Counted from the first letter of the stretch, positions 12,232-26,396 are shown. The stretch: DNA of 64,000 nt from Haliotis rufescens (GCF_023055435.1 NW_025963957.1:3658001-3722000), one strand, 5' to 3'. A program made the numbers and translations. Notes: a model not told the origin generated them from the sequence alone.

Positions 12232-15200
12232 CATGCCATCCATTAATCTTAGTAAGACATGCCGTCCATTACACTCAGTAAGGCATGCAATCCATTACAA
12301 TGAGTAAGGCATGCCATCCATTACACTCAGTAAGGCATGCCGTCCATTACACTCAGTAAGGCATGCCATCCATTACACTCAGTAAGGCATGCCATCCATT
12401 ACACTCAGTAAGGCATGCCATCCATTACACTCAGTAAGGCATACCGTCCATTACACTCAGTAAGGCATGCCATCCATTACACTCAGTAAGGCATGCCGTC
12501 CATTACACTCAGTAAGGCATGCCGTCCATTACACTCAGTAAGGCCTGCCGTCCATTACACTCAGTAAGGCATGCCATCCATTACACTCAGTAAGGCATGC
12601 CATCCATTACACTCAGTAAGGCATGCCATCCATTACACTCAGTAAGGCCTGCCGTCCATTACAATGAGTAAGGCATGCCATCCATTACACTCAGTAAGGC
12701 ATGCCGTCCATTACACTCAGTAAGGCATGCCATCCATTACACTCAGTAAGGCATGCCATCCATTACACTCAGTAAGGCCTGCCGTCCATTACACTCAGTA
12801 AGGCCTGCCGTCCATTACACTCAGTAAGGCATGCCATCCATTACACTCAGTAAGGCATGCCATCCATTACACTCAGTAAGGCATGCCATCCATTACAATG
12901 AGTAAGGCATGCCGTCCATTACACTCAGTAAGGCATGCCATCCATTACACTCAGTAAGGCATGCCGTCCATTACAATGAGTAAGGCATGCCGTCCATTAC
13001 ACTCAGTAAGGCCTGCCGTCCATTACACTCAGTAAGGCCTGCCGTCCATTACACTCAGTAAGGCATGCCGTCCATTACACTCAGTAAGGCCTGCCGTCCA
13101 TTACACTCAGTAAGGCCTGCCGTCCATTACACTCAGTAAGGCATGCCATCCATTACACTCAGTAAGGCATGCCATCCATTACACTCAGTAAGGCATGCCA
13201 TCCATTACAATGAGTAAGGCATGCCGTCCATTACACTCAGTAAGGCATGCCATCCATTACACTCAGTAAGGCTAGCCGTCCATTACACTCAGTAAGGCAT
13301 GCCATCCATTACACTCAGTAAGGCATGCCGTCCATTACAATGAGTAAGGCATGCCGTCCATTACACTCAGTAAGGCCTGCCGTCCATTACACTCAGTAAG
13401 GCCTGCCGTCCATTACACTCAGTAAGGCATGCCGTCCATTACACTCAGTAAGGCCTGCCGTCCATTACACTCAGTAAGGCATGCCATCCATTACACTCAG
13501 TAAGGCATGCCATCCATTACAATGAGTAAGGCATGCCATCCATTACACTCAGTAAGGCATGCCGTCCATTACACTCAGTAAGGCATGCCATCCATTACAC
13601 TCAGTAAGGCATGCCATCCATTACACTCAGTAAGGCATGCCATCCATTACACTCAGTAAGGCATGCCATCCATTACACTCAGTAAGGCATGCCATCCATT
13701 ACACTCAGTAAGGCATGCCATCCATTACACTCAGTAAGGCATGCCGTCCATTACACTCAGTAAGGCATGCCATCCATTACACTCAGTAAGGCCTGCCGTC
13801 CATTACACTCAGTAAGGCATGCCATCCATTACACTCAGTAAGGCCTGCCGTCCATTACACTCAGTAAGGCATGCCATCCATTACAATGAGTAAGGCATGC
13901 CGTCCATTACACTCAGTAAGGCATGCCATCCATTACACTCAGTAAGGCATGCCATCCATTACACTCAGTAAGGCATGCCGTCCATTACACTCAGTAAGGC
14001 ATGCCATCCATTACACTCAGTAAGGCCTGCCGTCCATTACACTCAGTAAGGCATGCCATCCATTACACTCAGTAAGGCCTGCCGTCCATTACACTCAGTA
14101 AGGCATGCCATCCATTACAATGAGTAAGGCATGCCGTCCATTACACTCAGTAAGGCATGCCATCCATTACACTCAGTAAGGCATGCCGTCCATTACAATG
14201 AGTAAGGCATGCCTTCCATTATGCTCAGTGAGGCATGCCATCCATTACACTCAGTAAGGCATGCCGTCCATTACAATGAGTAAGGCATGCCTTCCATTAT
14301 GCTCAGTGAGGCATGCCGTCCATTACACTCAGTAAGGCCTGCCGTCCATTACACTCAGTAAGGCATGCCGTCCATTACAATGAGTAAGGCATGCCGTCCA
14401 TTACACTCAGTAAGGCATGCCGTCCATTACACTCAGTAAGGCATGCCGTCCATTACACTCAGTAAGGCATGCCGTCCATTACACTCAGTAAGGCATGCCG
14501 TCCATTACACTCAGTAAGGCATGCCATCCATTACACTCAGTAAGGCATGCCATCCATTACACTCAGTAAGGCATGCCGTCCATTACAATGAGTAAGGCAT
14601 GCCTTCCATTATGCTCAGTGAGGCATGCCGTCCATTACACTCAGTAAGGCATGCCGTCCATTACACTCAGTAAGGCCTGCCGTCCATTACACTCAGTAAG
14701 GCATGCCGTCCATTACACTCAGTCAGGCATGCCATCCATTACACTCAGTGAGGCATGCCATCCATTACACTCAGTAAGGCATGCCGTCCATTACACTCAG
14801 TAAGGCATGCCATCCATTACACTCAGTGAGGCATGCCGTCCATTACACTCAGTGAGGCATGCCATCCATTACACTCAGTAAGGCATGCCATCCATTACAC
14901 TCAGTAAGGCATGCCATCCATTACACTCAGTGAGGCATGCCGTCCATTACACTCAGTAAGGCATGCCATCCATTACACTCAGTAAGGCATGCCATCCATT
15001 ACAATGAGTAAGGCCTGCCGTCCATTACACTCAGTAAGGCATGCCGTCCATTACACTCAGTAAGGCATGCCATCCATTACAATGAGTAAGGCATGCCATC
15101 CATTACACTCAGTAAGGCATGCCATCCATTACAATGAGTAAGGCATGCCGTCCATTACACTCAGTAAGGCATGCCATCCATTACACTCAGTAAGGCATGC

Positions 15201-15857
15201 CATCCATTACACTCAGTAAGGCATGCCATCCATTACAATGAGTAAGGCATGCCATCCATTACACTCAGTAAGGCATGCCATCCATTACAATGAGTAAGGC
15301 ATGCCATCCATTACACTCAGTAAGGCATGCCGTCCATTACACTCAGTAAGGCATGCCGTCCATTACACTCAGTAAGGCATGCCTTCCATTACACTCAGTA
15401 AGGCATGCCATCCATTACACTCAGTAAGGCCTGCCGTCCATTACACTCAGTAAGGCATGCCATCCATTACACTCAGTAAGGCATGCCATCCATTACACTC
15501 AGTAAGGCATGCCATCCATTACACTCAGTAAGGCATGCCGTCCATTATGCTCAGTGAGGCATGCCGTCCATTACAATGAGTAAGGCATGCCGTCCATTAC
15601 AATGAGTAAGGCATGCCTTCCATTATGCTCAGTGAGGCATGCCGTCCATTACACTCAGTAAGGCATGCCGTCCATTACACTCAGTAAGGCATGCCGTCCA
15701 TTACACTCAGTAAGGCATGCCGTCCATTACACTCAGTAAGGCCTGCCGTCCATTATGCTCAGTAAGGCATGCCGTCCATTACACTCAGTAAGGCCTGCCG
15801 TCCATTACAATGAGTAAGGCATGCCTTCCATTATGCTCAGTAAGGCATGCCGTCCAT
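12232..15857. repeat. Satellite, 26-bp unit (GCATGCCRTCCATTACACTCAGTAAG), about 140 copies
   Basis: Period 26 over about 3.6 kb, with a few recurrent variants. Confidence 0.99.
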
Positions 15858-16059
15858 AAGGCAAGCTTGTAGCTTGAATTTAAGATAACATATTTAAAAA
15901 CTTGGCTTGGGTAAGGAAAAGATCAAAAACAGGATTAGTCACAATATTCTTCTTACAACTAAAGATAACCAATTCAACCAAGTTCAAACTACCTATATGA
16001 TCACACCCTTGGGATAGCTTATCTACGAGATCTTTCAAAACATTCTGAACGTTATCACA

Positions 16060-16250
16060 CAATATAATGGTTGCCTGTAAATTATAAAATCTGAACCAGA
16101 CAAGCCAGTGATTGATATCATGAGAAACGATCATCGCCGGGGTACGATACACACAGTGAACCAAATCACTGAGCCTGACCACCCAATCTATATGTCGCCT
16201 GTTACGGCCAGCATAGGTTGCTGGGGACTTAGCCCCAAAACCGCATGGGG
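16060..16250 (-). mobile_element. Degenerate family B retroposon
   Basis: ACCAGACAAGCCAGTGATTGATATCATGAG...GAGCCTGACCACCC...GTCGCCTGTTACG. Confidence 0.7.
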
Positions 16251-16265
16251 CGTGTCATAATGAAG

Positions 16266-16422
16266 GGAAGTAGAGTGGTCTAGTGGGTAAAGTGTTAACT
16301 CGCATGTTGAAGACCCAGGTTCAATTCACAAATTAGGTAAACTGTGTGTAGTACATTCTTAGTATCACCGTACCATGATATTGCAGGAATATCGACAAGA
16401 GCTGCATAACATTATATTCTCA
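16266..16422 (+). mobile_element. Degenerate SINE family A
   Basis: TAGTGGGTAAAGTG...GAAGACCCAGGTTCAATTC...ATGATATTGCAGGAATAT. Confidence 0.7.
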
Positions 16423-16699
16423 CGTTGTTATAACCTGTCTGCAATATTAGACACTTGTCGAAAGCCCAAGTTTAGTAAAAGCATGTTCGGTCTTGTAAGC
16501 TTAGCTAATAACACTCCATAGCATAACACTAATATCTACTGAAAATAATGTTAAGAGCCATATACGGGCTGTCAGGACCAATGTGTTTTAGTCTTCCTTT
16601 TTTAACATGCATTTCAAATTGAAGTCAGAGTTATTTTTTGTTCCTGAAGTCCTGCTAACTCATTTTGCCCATTTTTTACCGTCTTGATTATGTTTCCGG

Positions 16700-17750
16700 A
16701 AACTACATTACAGTATAAAGCTCCTGGCCTTGTTTTAAATCTCTATTGACTTCCTAAGCATCTGCCTTGCCTCAAAGGCAATTGTATGACTTCAGCAGCA
16801 ATACAAGTAAATTATGAAGGTTAAAAAAGATTCCACTGATGCCACACAGTGCCCAGGTCCCAAACTCTGTAATAGGAAGCTGTCCATTGGTGCCAAATAC
16901 CTGATAATGGTGTTCATGTAGGTTCTCCTCGATGTCATTGTGGTAATACCCAAAATACCTAACCGTGTTCAAGAGAAGCCGCTAGTGCCAGAATTCCTGA
17001 CAATTCTGATAATAGTTCCGTGATGGGATTAAACCATTTTGGTGGCCTTACAGTGCCTTCATTGAAGCCGGCTAATACTTTTTCCTGCAGTATAGATGTT
17101 ATGGCATAGAGTGGGGAGCTGCAAGGATCAAGTGGGTGAAAGGGCTGGAGTGGTATTGGTAATGGGATTACCCACCAGTGCTGGACGATGGAGCCCAGAC
17201 CCTGTCTCACTTAGTGGGGGGTGGCCAGTACACACACACACAGCCATCATGCTTTGTTGTTGTGGTCCTCATTTCTATTGAGGAATACCAAACGTCTTGA
17301 AAATACTATTTATAGTTTGTCCAGTAGGATTTGTCCAAATGTCTACAGTGGAAAACCTCAATCTGGGTGGCAGCCTTCCCCGTATTTTACCCATAAGGAT
17401 AGACTCATCATTGGTAATAACTTTTGAATATTTGCACATGGGCCTTTTAGCAATTCTCAATTCTGATTGGTCTATTGAAGCCATATGCTTCATTGTTGAG
17501 AAATTATATGATATGATGTCACAAACTGATTACACCTGAGACATAGGCTGGCTTTAGTGAAGTTTCTCTGAAGGGTTGACGTTTCATGTTTTTTCTTAAT
17601 TTTCTCAATTAAAATGTTGAATGCTGTAAGTCCCCCTCCAAAGACTCTGGATTCATCCAGATTGACAAATGTCTGGAACAACAAGTCACAGATACCAAGC
17701 TGTTGCTGCATCTACATGTTGTAGTGTTTATGAAATTACTTTACAGGGAC
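16700..17750 (-). pseudogene. Heavily decayed non-LTR retrotransposon (L1/Tx1-like) reverse transcriptase remnant
   Basis: Minus-strand fragments in RT motif order across frameshifts: NFTKA...STMKHMA (DFxKAFD region), YSKVITN...IRG (RGVRQGCP region), LSELSGI, VRYFG (YLG). No intact YADD seen. Confidence 0.5.
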
Positions 17751-17814
17751 TTCAGACTGATTCTAGGTCAAATGTAACCCTGTGAATTATTTGGGGACCC
17801 ATATTACTCAGAAA

Positions 17815-20290
17815 TGGAAGGTCACATGTTTTTCTTCAGTAGGCAATGACCAATGGATGGTCACTTGTTTCCCTTAAGTAGTCAATGACCAATGGAGGGT
17901 CACTTGTTTTACGTCAGTAGTCAATGACCAATGGAGGGTCACTTGTTTTTCTTCAGTGGGCAATGAACAATGGAGGGTCACTTGTTTCCCTTAAGTAGTC
18001 AAAGACCAAAGGAAGGTCACTTGTTTCCCTTAAGTAGTCAATGACCAATGGAGGGTCACTTGTTTCCCTTAAGTAGTCAATGACCAATGGAGGGTCACTT
18101 GTTTCCCTTAAGTAGTCAATGACCAATGGGGGGTCACTTGTTTCCCTTAAGTAGTCAATGACCAATGGAGGGTCACTTGTTTCCCTTAAGTAGTCAATGA
18201 CCAATGGAGGGTGACTTGTTTCCCTTAAATAGTCAATGACCAATGGAGGGTCACTTGTTTCCCTTAAGTAGTCAATGACCAATGGAGGGTGACTTGTTTC
18301 CCTTAAGTAGTCAATGACCAATGGAGGGTCAATTGTTTCCCTTAAGTAGTCAATGACCAATGGAGGGTCACTTGTTTCCCTTAAGTAGTCAATGACCAAT
18401 GGAGGGTCACTTGTTTCCCTTAAGTAGTCAATGACCAATGGAGGGGGACTTGTTTCCCTTAAGTAGTCAATGACCAATGGAGGGTCACTTGTTTCCCTTA
18501 AGTAGTCAATGACCAATGGAGGGGGACTTGTTTCCCTTAAGTAGTCAATGACCAATGGAGGGTGACTTGTTTCCCTTAAGTAGTCAATGACCAATGGAGG
18601 GTGACTTGTTTCCCTTAAGTAGTCAATGACCAATGGAGGGTCACTTGTTTCCCTTAAATAGTCAATGACCAATGGAGGGTCACTTGTTTCCCTTAAGTAG
18701 TCAATGACCAATGGAGGGTCACTTGTTTCCCTTAAGTAGTCAAAGACCAATGGAGGGTCACTTGTTTCCCTTAAGTAGACAATGGCCAATGGAGGGTGAC
18801 TTGTTTCCCTTAAGTAATCAATGACCAATGGAGGGTCAGTTGTTTCCCTTAAGTAGTCAATGACCAATGGAGGGTCACTTGTTTTCCTTAAGTAGTCAAA
18901 GACCAATGGAGGGTCACTTGTTTCCCTTAAGTAGACAATGATCAATGGAAGGTCACTTGTTTTTCGTCAGTAGTCAATGACCAGTGGAAGGTCATTTGTT
19001 TCTCTTAAGTAGGCAATGATTAATGGAGGGTCACTTGTTTCCCTCAAGTAGGCAATGATCAATGGAGGGGCACTTGTTTCCCTTAAGTAGTCAATGACCA
19101 ATGGAAGGTCACTTGTTTCTCTTAAGTAGTCAATGATCAATGGAAGGTCACTTGTTTCTCTTAAGTAGTCAATGACCAATGGAGGGTCACTTGTTTCCCT
19201 TAAGTAGGCAATGACCAATGGAAGGTCACTTGTTTCTCTTAAGTAGTCAATGATCAATGGAGGGTCACTTGTTTCCCTTAAGTAGGCAATGATCAATGGA
19301 AGGTCACTTGTTTCTTTTAAGTAGTCAATGATCAATGGAGGGTCACTTGTTTCTCTTAAGTAGGCAATGATCAATGGAGGGTCACTTGTTTTTCGTCAGT
19401 AGTCAATGACCAATGGAAGGTCACTTGTTTTTCGTCAGTAGTCAATGACCAATGGAAGGTCACTTGTTTTTCGTCAGTAGTCAATGACCAATGGAGGGTC
19501 ACTTGTATCTTTTAGGTAGGCAATGATCAATGGAAGGTGACTTATTTTTTCGTCAGTAGTCAATGACCAATGGAAGGTCACTTGTTTTTCGTCAGTAGTC
19601 AATGACCAATGGAAGGTCACTTGTTTTTCGTCAGTAGTCAATGACCAATGGAAGGTCACTTGTTTTTCATTAGTAGTCAATGACCAATTGAGGGTTACTT
19701 GTTTTTCGTCAGTAGTAAATGACCAATGGAGGGTCACTTGTTTTTCGTCAGTAGTCAATGACCAATGGAAGGTAACTTGTTTCCCTTAAGTAGTCAATGA
19801 CCAATGGAAGGTAACTTGTTTCTCTTAAGTAGTCAATGACCAATGGAAGGTCACTTGTTTTGCATCAGTAGTCAATGACCAATGGATGGTCACTAGTTTT
19901 TCGTCAGTAGTCAATGACCAATGGAAGGTCACTTGTTTTTCGTCAGTAGGCAATGACCAATGGAGGGTCACTTGTTTCTTTTAGGTAGGCAATGACCAAT
20001 GGAAGGTCACTTGTTTTTCTTAAGTAGTCAATGACCAATGGAGGGTCACTTGTTTTTCGTCAGTAGTCAATGACCAATGGAGGGTCACTTGTTTTTCGTC
20101 AGTAGGCAATGACCAATGGAAGGTCACTTATTTTTTCGTCAGTAGTCAATGACCAATGGAGGGTCACTTGTTTTTCGTCAGTAGTCAATGACCAATGGAG
20201 GGTCACTTGTTTTTCGTCAGTAGGCAATGACCAATGGAGGGTCACTTGTTTCTTTTAGGTAGGCAATGACCAATGGAGGGTCACCTATTT
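17815..20290. repeat. Satellite, 39-bp unit (AGTAGTCAATGACCAATGGAGGGTCACTTGTTTCCCTTA), about 63 copies
   Basis: Period 39, equal to the 13-aa repeat in the ORF track. Sub-variants (TTTCCCTTA versus TTTTCGTC) segregate along the array. Confidence 0.99.
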
Positions 20291-21128
20291 TTCTTGATGT
20301 GGTATCATGTCCCTGGATTGTCTGGTCCACTGTCACAGATAGTCTGGTTAAGACTCAATTGTTCACAGGCCGCTGTTGTATGACAGGAGTACTGCAGTGT
20401 GGTTGGGTCACTTGTTTCTCTTTGAGAGGCTCCCTGGCAGTCTGAAGCACTGGTTTGCACCAACTACCAGCAGGATTCCAGCAGGTATCTGTGATGCATT
20501 GACTCTCAATAAAACCCTGATTTATCACGACTGATGTGAAAAAACCTTCACATGTTGTGATGTAATAGGTTCTTGAAGCGAAACATTTTGATCTGATTTC
20601 TTACATATTAGAATAATGTGTTCAGTAAAGTGGAATGCTGCATCAATGACGAACAGGACTTTGTTAGGCTGCTCCGTGACAGAGAAGAGAGACTTTGATC
20701 ATTCTACATTCGGATCAATCAACGTCACTCGTGTATTTTTGTTACAGTGCGGCTTCATCAGGTTGGAGTGGAAAGTGGCGACTGGCGAAGTTATTGAGTG
20801 CCAGGTTCCGTCACTGAAGATGCTGTTTTATGGCTTTCATTGTCAGTCGATATCCACAACAAAGTGATTGCCTTTTCATCAAATTTTATTGTTAATTGGC
20901 CTTGTTTTGTTACTGTTTTCTCAGTGTTAATTTGGGAAGCCTCTGATCTTCTGTTGACCAGACTGATTTGAGGTTTAAGATGGATAAACTATCCAGTGAA
21001 CAGAAGTCGTGGAATGATGGAACACCATTACCCTGTGATGAAACCTTTCTTCTTGTAATTGGAAATGTCTTTGTTAATATAAAGTGAATTATCTATGCTA
21101 TGGAACGCTCAATTTTAGCCGTTAAGAA

Positions 21129-21274
21129 GTGAGTGAGTATGGTAAATTTAAAACCGCTTTTAGCAATATTCCAGCAATATAATGGCCGGAGACACTAGAA
21201 ATGGGCTTCACACATTGTACCCATGTCGGTAATCGAACCCGGGTCTTCGGCGTGACAAGCAACCCGACCGCCCC
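21129..21274 (-). mobile_element. SINE family A, with internal deletion in head
   Basis: Reverse complement of family A from tail to ...CCCGACCGCCCC. Confidence 0.9.
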
Positions 21275-21614
21275 TGTTTACAAGTGAGAAGTACTCAAAT
21301 AATACTAAAATATTCATCACATATTGGCTGTGAATCTTTAGTATTTCATTAACTCCATATCTTGGCTAGGACGTGTATCCTCGGTGTAAAACTTCCACCA
21401 CTAGTCAGAAACCCATGTCTGTAAAATTTTGTTTGGTCTAGTTTGCTCTTCTAAGAAAGACCTTATATTCATACTAAAATCTAATGATAATGAAGCCAGA
21501 AGGCAGTATTGGGGCAGTAAACTCAGAAGTGTTGGGCACAGACTGTATCATTTTGCCTAGCAATATGCCTATATATTTTAAAGCCGACTCTCTGCTTGCC
21601 TTAAATAACACATA

Positions 21615-21772
21615 GGTGGTCAGGTAGCCTTGTGGTTAAAGCGTTTGCTTGTCACGCCAAAGACCCGGGTTCGAATCCCGATATGGGTACAATATGTGAA
21701 GCCCAGTTCTGATGTCCCCACCGTGATATTGCTGGAATATTGCATAAAACCATACTCACTCACTCACTCACT
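21615..21772 (+). mobile_element. SINE family A
   Basis: A/B boxes, (CACT)n tail, approximate TSD TTRAATAACACA. Confidence 0.92.
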
Positions 21773-22868
21773 TGAATAACACACAACTCCATATTTCTAG
21801 GCCTGGGTGATTTGGGGTTAATAGTTTTTTTGTACTAGAGAGTAGAACACAAACAGTTCATGCAATGGGTAGTCTCATAGAAGTTCAGGAATAGGTTGTT
21901 GGAAGAAGATCAATGATTCTGGTTTTGTCACTTCGAATCTGAGAATCATTGTTAAGATGGATCTTCTCGGGAATGATGTCATTATGTGGAGTCACATACA
22001 GATGTTATTTGAATTGGATTTGATACAGCTTTGGTGAGAGACTGGTAACAGTCCTGTGATGAAAGAATGAAATCTGCCACAGTGTATTCAACTGTAACAG
22101 TGGCATCAGCACCATTTGTGATCGGTTCCTGTATTTGGGCAGACTTTTGGCCGAGGCTTTCTGATACAGATGCCAGAAATGCATGGTATTGACACATAGT
22201 ATTACTCTGGTGCCGATAGCCAGTGCAGCTGTCTGTATTAAGGCCCATCCATTGCATCAATTGACAAACTAATTGCTGTGTGTTAGACTGGGAAGGAGAG
22301 GACAACTGATCAATCAGGTCTAGGAACCTCCTCAAGATGACAGCGTCCAGTCAGACTGACATGGTGCCATTGATTGCTCGTAAGTTAGGATTGGTGTTCG
22401 TATACTATAGAGCTGGGGCCAGCACGGACAGGCCAAGGAGAGGCTCAGCACTGTGGATTAGCTCGTAGCTGGATGTACTTGTTGCTTGTCAGCGGGAGAT
22501 TGACAGTTTTATCTGTCCAGCCATGTCCAGCGTCTATAACCGCTGGTATTCAGGTCCAAGATACTGTATAGACTAAGCGCACTTACCAGCTTGTCTCACA
22601 CTATAGTGTGCTGGGACTGATTGTGGAATGTATTTGTAACAGTTTTATCTGTACTGCCATGTCCACCGTCCATAACCGCTGGTATTCAGGTCCAAGATAC
22701 TGTATAGACTAGGGGTGGGGTACCTCTTCGTCTCACACTATAGTGTGCTGGGACTGATTGTGGAATGTGTTTGTGACAATTTTATCTGTACGGCCATGTC
22801 CATCTCCCATGCTGGTGGTATTCAGGTCCCAGATACTGTATTGACTAAGGGTACCTCTTCGTCTCACA

Positions 22869-23224
22869 GACCGCCTCTGTGGTCTTGTGGTAGAGTGTCC
22901 GCCCGGAGAGCGGAAGGTCCAGGGTTCAATCCCGGGCCGCGTCATACAAAAAGACGTTAAAAGATTGTACTTGTTGTTACCCTGTCTGGCGCTCGGCATT
23001 AAGGGGCTAAAACAAGGACTGGTCGGCTCGGAGTAAGTATACTGTGTCTGAGTGGGGTATTCATGTTAAACTGCGGCATGGTATCTCAGTGAGCTAGCAC
23101 TATAAATCGGCATCAGTCCGGACTAGTACAAGCAGCCACACACACACACACACACACGTGCATGCACGTTGCTATAAAAGTGCAATAATCTTGGACGCGA
23201 CGTTAAACCCAATTTCACCTCACC
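22869..23224 (+). mobile_element. SINE family C (V-SINE/RUDI-like), full length, copy 1
   Basis: tRNA head, V-like core, internal (CA)n, 12-bp TSD CTTCGTCTCACA. Confidence 0.93.
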
Positions 23225-23504
23225 CTTCGTCTCACACTATAGTGTGCTGGGACTGATTGTGGAATGTATTTGTAACAGTTTTATCTGTACTGCCATGTCC
23301 ACCGTCCATAACCGCTGGTATTCAGGTCCAAGATACTGTATAGACTAGGGGTGGGGTACCTCTTCGTCTCACACTATAGTGTGCTGGGACTGATTGTGGA
23401 ATGTGTTTGTGACAATTTTATCTGTACGGCCATGTCCATCTCCCATGCTGGTGGTATTCAGGTCCCAGATACTGTATTGACTAAGGGTACCTCTTCGTCT
23501 CACA

Positions 23505-23860
23505 GACCGCCTCTGTGGTCTTGTGGTAGAGTGTCCGCCCGGAGAGCGGAAGGTCCAGGGTTCAATCCCGGGCCGCGTCATACAAAAAGACGTTAAAAGA
23601 TTGTACTTGTTGTTACCCTGTCTGGCGCTCGGCATTAAGGGGCTAAAACAAGGACTGGTCGGCTCGGAGTAAGTATACTGTGTCTGAGTGGGGTATTCAT
23701 GTTAAACTGCGGCATGGTATCTCAGTGAGCTAGCACTATAAATCGGCATCAGTCCGGACTAGTACAAGCAGCCACACACACACACACACACACGTGCATG
23801 CACGTTGCTATAAAAGTGCAATAATCTTGGACGCGACGTTAAACCCAATTTCACCTCACC
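23505..23860 (+). mobile_element. SINE family C, copy 2 (duplicate of copy 1)
   Basis: Appears identical to 22869-23224, including flanks. Confidence 0.93.
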
Positions 23861-24313
23861 CTTCGTCTCACACTATAGTGTGCTGGGACTGATTGTGGAA
23901 TGTGTTTGTGACAGTTTGTACCATACCTCCTAGTGTTCAGATAATAGTAGAGTGTGCATGCTTCTTGTCACACCATCCAATCCACAGGAGACTTGTATAA
24001 CCACTGTACAATCTGTAGTTGAGGCAGTGGGTACAAGTCTGTGTGGTCATCAATACTGTGACCATGATTACCATACCAACTGGAGTACCAACGGTCAATA
24101 CGGTGGAGCTCTAATCACTTAATTCACTGAGGCCCTGGATAATGACTACATAGTGATGTCCACCTCGTTATGTATGCAGTGTTTAAGGTTATTGGGGGTA
24201 CTAGCAACTGAGATTTGCTGCTGTAGTATTTAAATCGAGGAAAGCCCTTATGCAAGTCTTTAACTTTTAACATTGGTGTTGTGAAAAGTCAGGATACTGT
24301 GCCTGAGTATTAG

Positions 24314-24565
24314 TGTTTAATGTTGGTTTGTTGCCACACTCAGCAATATCCCAGCTATATGACAGTCTGTAAATAATTAAGCCTGGACCAGACAATGCAG
24401 TGATTGAGCATCGATCCACCCAATTGGGATACGATGGCATGCATCAACCAAGTCGGCGAGCCTGACCACCCGATCCCGTTAGTCGCCTCTTACAACAAGC
24501 ATAGTCACCTTTTACAGCAAGCATGGGTTGCTTAAGACATGTTCTAACCCGGATCTTCACGGGTC
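24314..24565 (-). mobile_element. Short retroposon family B, full length
   Basis: 5' end GACCCGTGAAGATCCGGGTTAGAA on the minus strand; flanking AGTATTAG duplication. Confidence 0.9.
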
Positions 24566-24612
24566 AAGTATTAGAGAGTAAAACTCCTATTAGTGTGGAC
24601 TAGCACAAAAAT

Positions 24613-24810
24613 ACACACACACAGACACATGAGCACACACACACAGACACACAAACAGACACACACACACACACATGCATGCACACACAGACGAACACAG
24701 ACACATGCAGACACGCACATTGACAGACACACACACTTACACAGAAAGACGCACACATATTGACAGACACACACTCATACAGACAGACACAAACACACAC
24801 ACGCACACAT
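24613..24810. repeat. Degenerate (CA)n microsatellite
   Basis: CA/CAGA-rich low-complexity tract. Confidence 0.92.
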
Positions 24811-25559
24811 TGGTTTATGATCATGGGCAGATGCTACAGGAATCCCCTAACTCCCCTAGAATACAGCATATTTGGTACAAAAACACAGTAAAATCTTCTA
24901 AGTCTGGATCCTGTTAGCCCAGAAACTCTGTTATCCAGACAATTACTGTTGCAATGTTTACACACTTACGTAGACTGTTTGACTTGGAACTGTACTGTCT
25001 GGATTAATAGGGTTTCATGGTGTAAACTCAACCTACAGATCCGTCATTGTGTACCTGTGAAGAAGATCAATAAATGGAGCTAAAACGCTGCATACCGGAA
25101 AATAGGAGCAGTATTTTTAGATAAGTCACTGGACAACAGAATAAAGCATCAGTATGTTTGTGTTAGATCACAGCCTGTGACTTCAGCCACTAGTCCGCAG
25201 CCCGTGTCGGGTAACATCGGTTACCAGATAGTAACAGTCTCATAATATAATCAAAACCTATAGGAAATGATGGGGACTGAGATTATGTGAGAATTCCAGG
25301 GCCAGAACCTTTATTTATTTGGTATAAGGTAACAAACTATAACTTAATTACTTTGTGAAATGTTTCACTAATTATTTGCATTCATCCATCCTGACGTCTG
25401 TTGATCATGCCTCTCCCTTTGGAGGAAGCTGCATCCATGCTTGATGTTCCGAGGCAATTGTCATACAATTGTCATCATCCCTCCAAGCAGGGTACATGTT
25501 CAGAGTATCGTCATTTTTTATATAAATATCATGAGATTGGAAAATAGATCCTTGTCTAG

Positions 25560-25729
25560 AGGCCTGACAAGGCAGCTTGGGTTGTATACTCCCCAGGGAG
25601 CTGAGAATGAAAATCAAGCGCACACCGATCCAATGACCAGTGTAATAATGTAGCGCTTTGAGCATGCACCAAGTGTATGGAGGCTAGCGCGATATAAGTT
25701 CCGTACATTATTATTACTATTATTATTAT
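25560..25729 (+). mobile_element. 3' fragment of a SINE with L2-type tail (CORE-SINE-like)
   Basis: GGCAGCTTGGGTTGTATACTCCCCAGGGAG...TAGCGCTTTGAG...AGCGCGATATAAG...(ATT)n, a typical L2-derived tail. Confidence 0.7.
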
Positions 25730-26396
25730 GAAGGTTTTAATATTGAGCAATGTGAATCTTACATCCATATGCCGATCAGCTGTGGGCGTACCATCATGCA
25801 CGGATGTTAAATCTTTGTTGTATGGTCAAATGGCATTTGTAATCCAGTTCGACTTGTTTTGATTACAACAGGCCATATTTGTAAAATGTCAGCCTATGTC
25901 AGGGCTCATGTTGCAGCTGACATAGGAGAAAAGGATGTCACAGACTAGCATTTTGAAAACTCATTTTGTAGATTGATGTCTCCGTGCGATGTGTATGGCA
26001 TGGTCCCCAGCATCCAGGGACTTGCTCCACATCTCCATATTTGTATGTCGGGGAGCGAGGACGGAGCTGGTTGTGAGGTAGACACGCCAGTTGCACCAGA
26101 TGCGGATTTGCTCGGAATTGTTTGATCAGATGTAACTCCATGCTGTAAAAGAAGAAAAACACGATGTTGAGGAGGGAACCGAAGATGAAGGAAACTGATA
26201 GCTTGCAGATATTTTATTTGCTTGATTAAATGTGAAACAATTTGTAATATAATCATGAGTTTTGCTAAATTTGGTATTGCAAAAGATTATTTTAAAAATG
26301 CAAATAACTAGTATCATGTTCAGGTGGAAATTGAAAATAATGTGGGCATGACGTCAGTGATTGTCTCTCTCGTACTCAGATACCCTTTATGTGGCT

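Larger units (their letters stand above)
22500..23915. repeat. Minisatellite of about 134 bp carrying a SINE, with a 636-bp higher-order duplication
   Basis: Identical ORF pairs offset by 636 (22715/23351 and 22733/23369). Confidence 0.93.

Noticed and set aside
17953-18945. 330-aa ORF of (IDYLRETSDPPLV)n and neighbouring ORFs as a repetitive protein gene
   Set aside because: By-product of a 39-bp satellite that lacks stops in one frame. The same array has stops elsewhere, there is no unique coding flank, and it is antisense within an intron.
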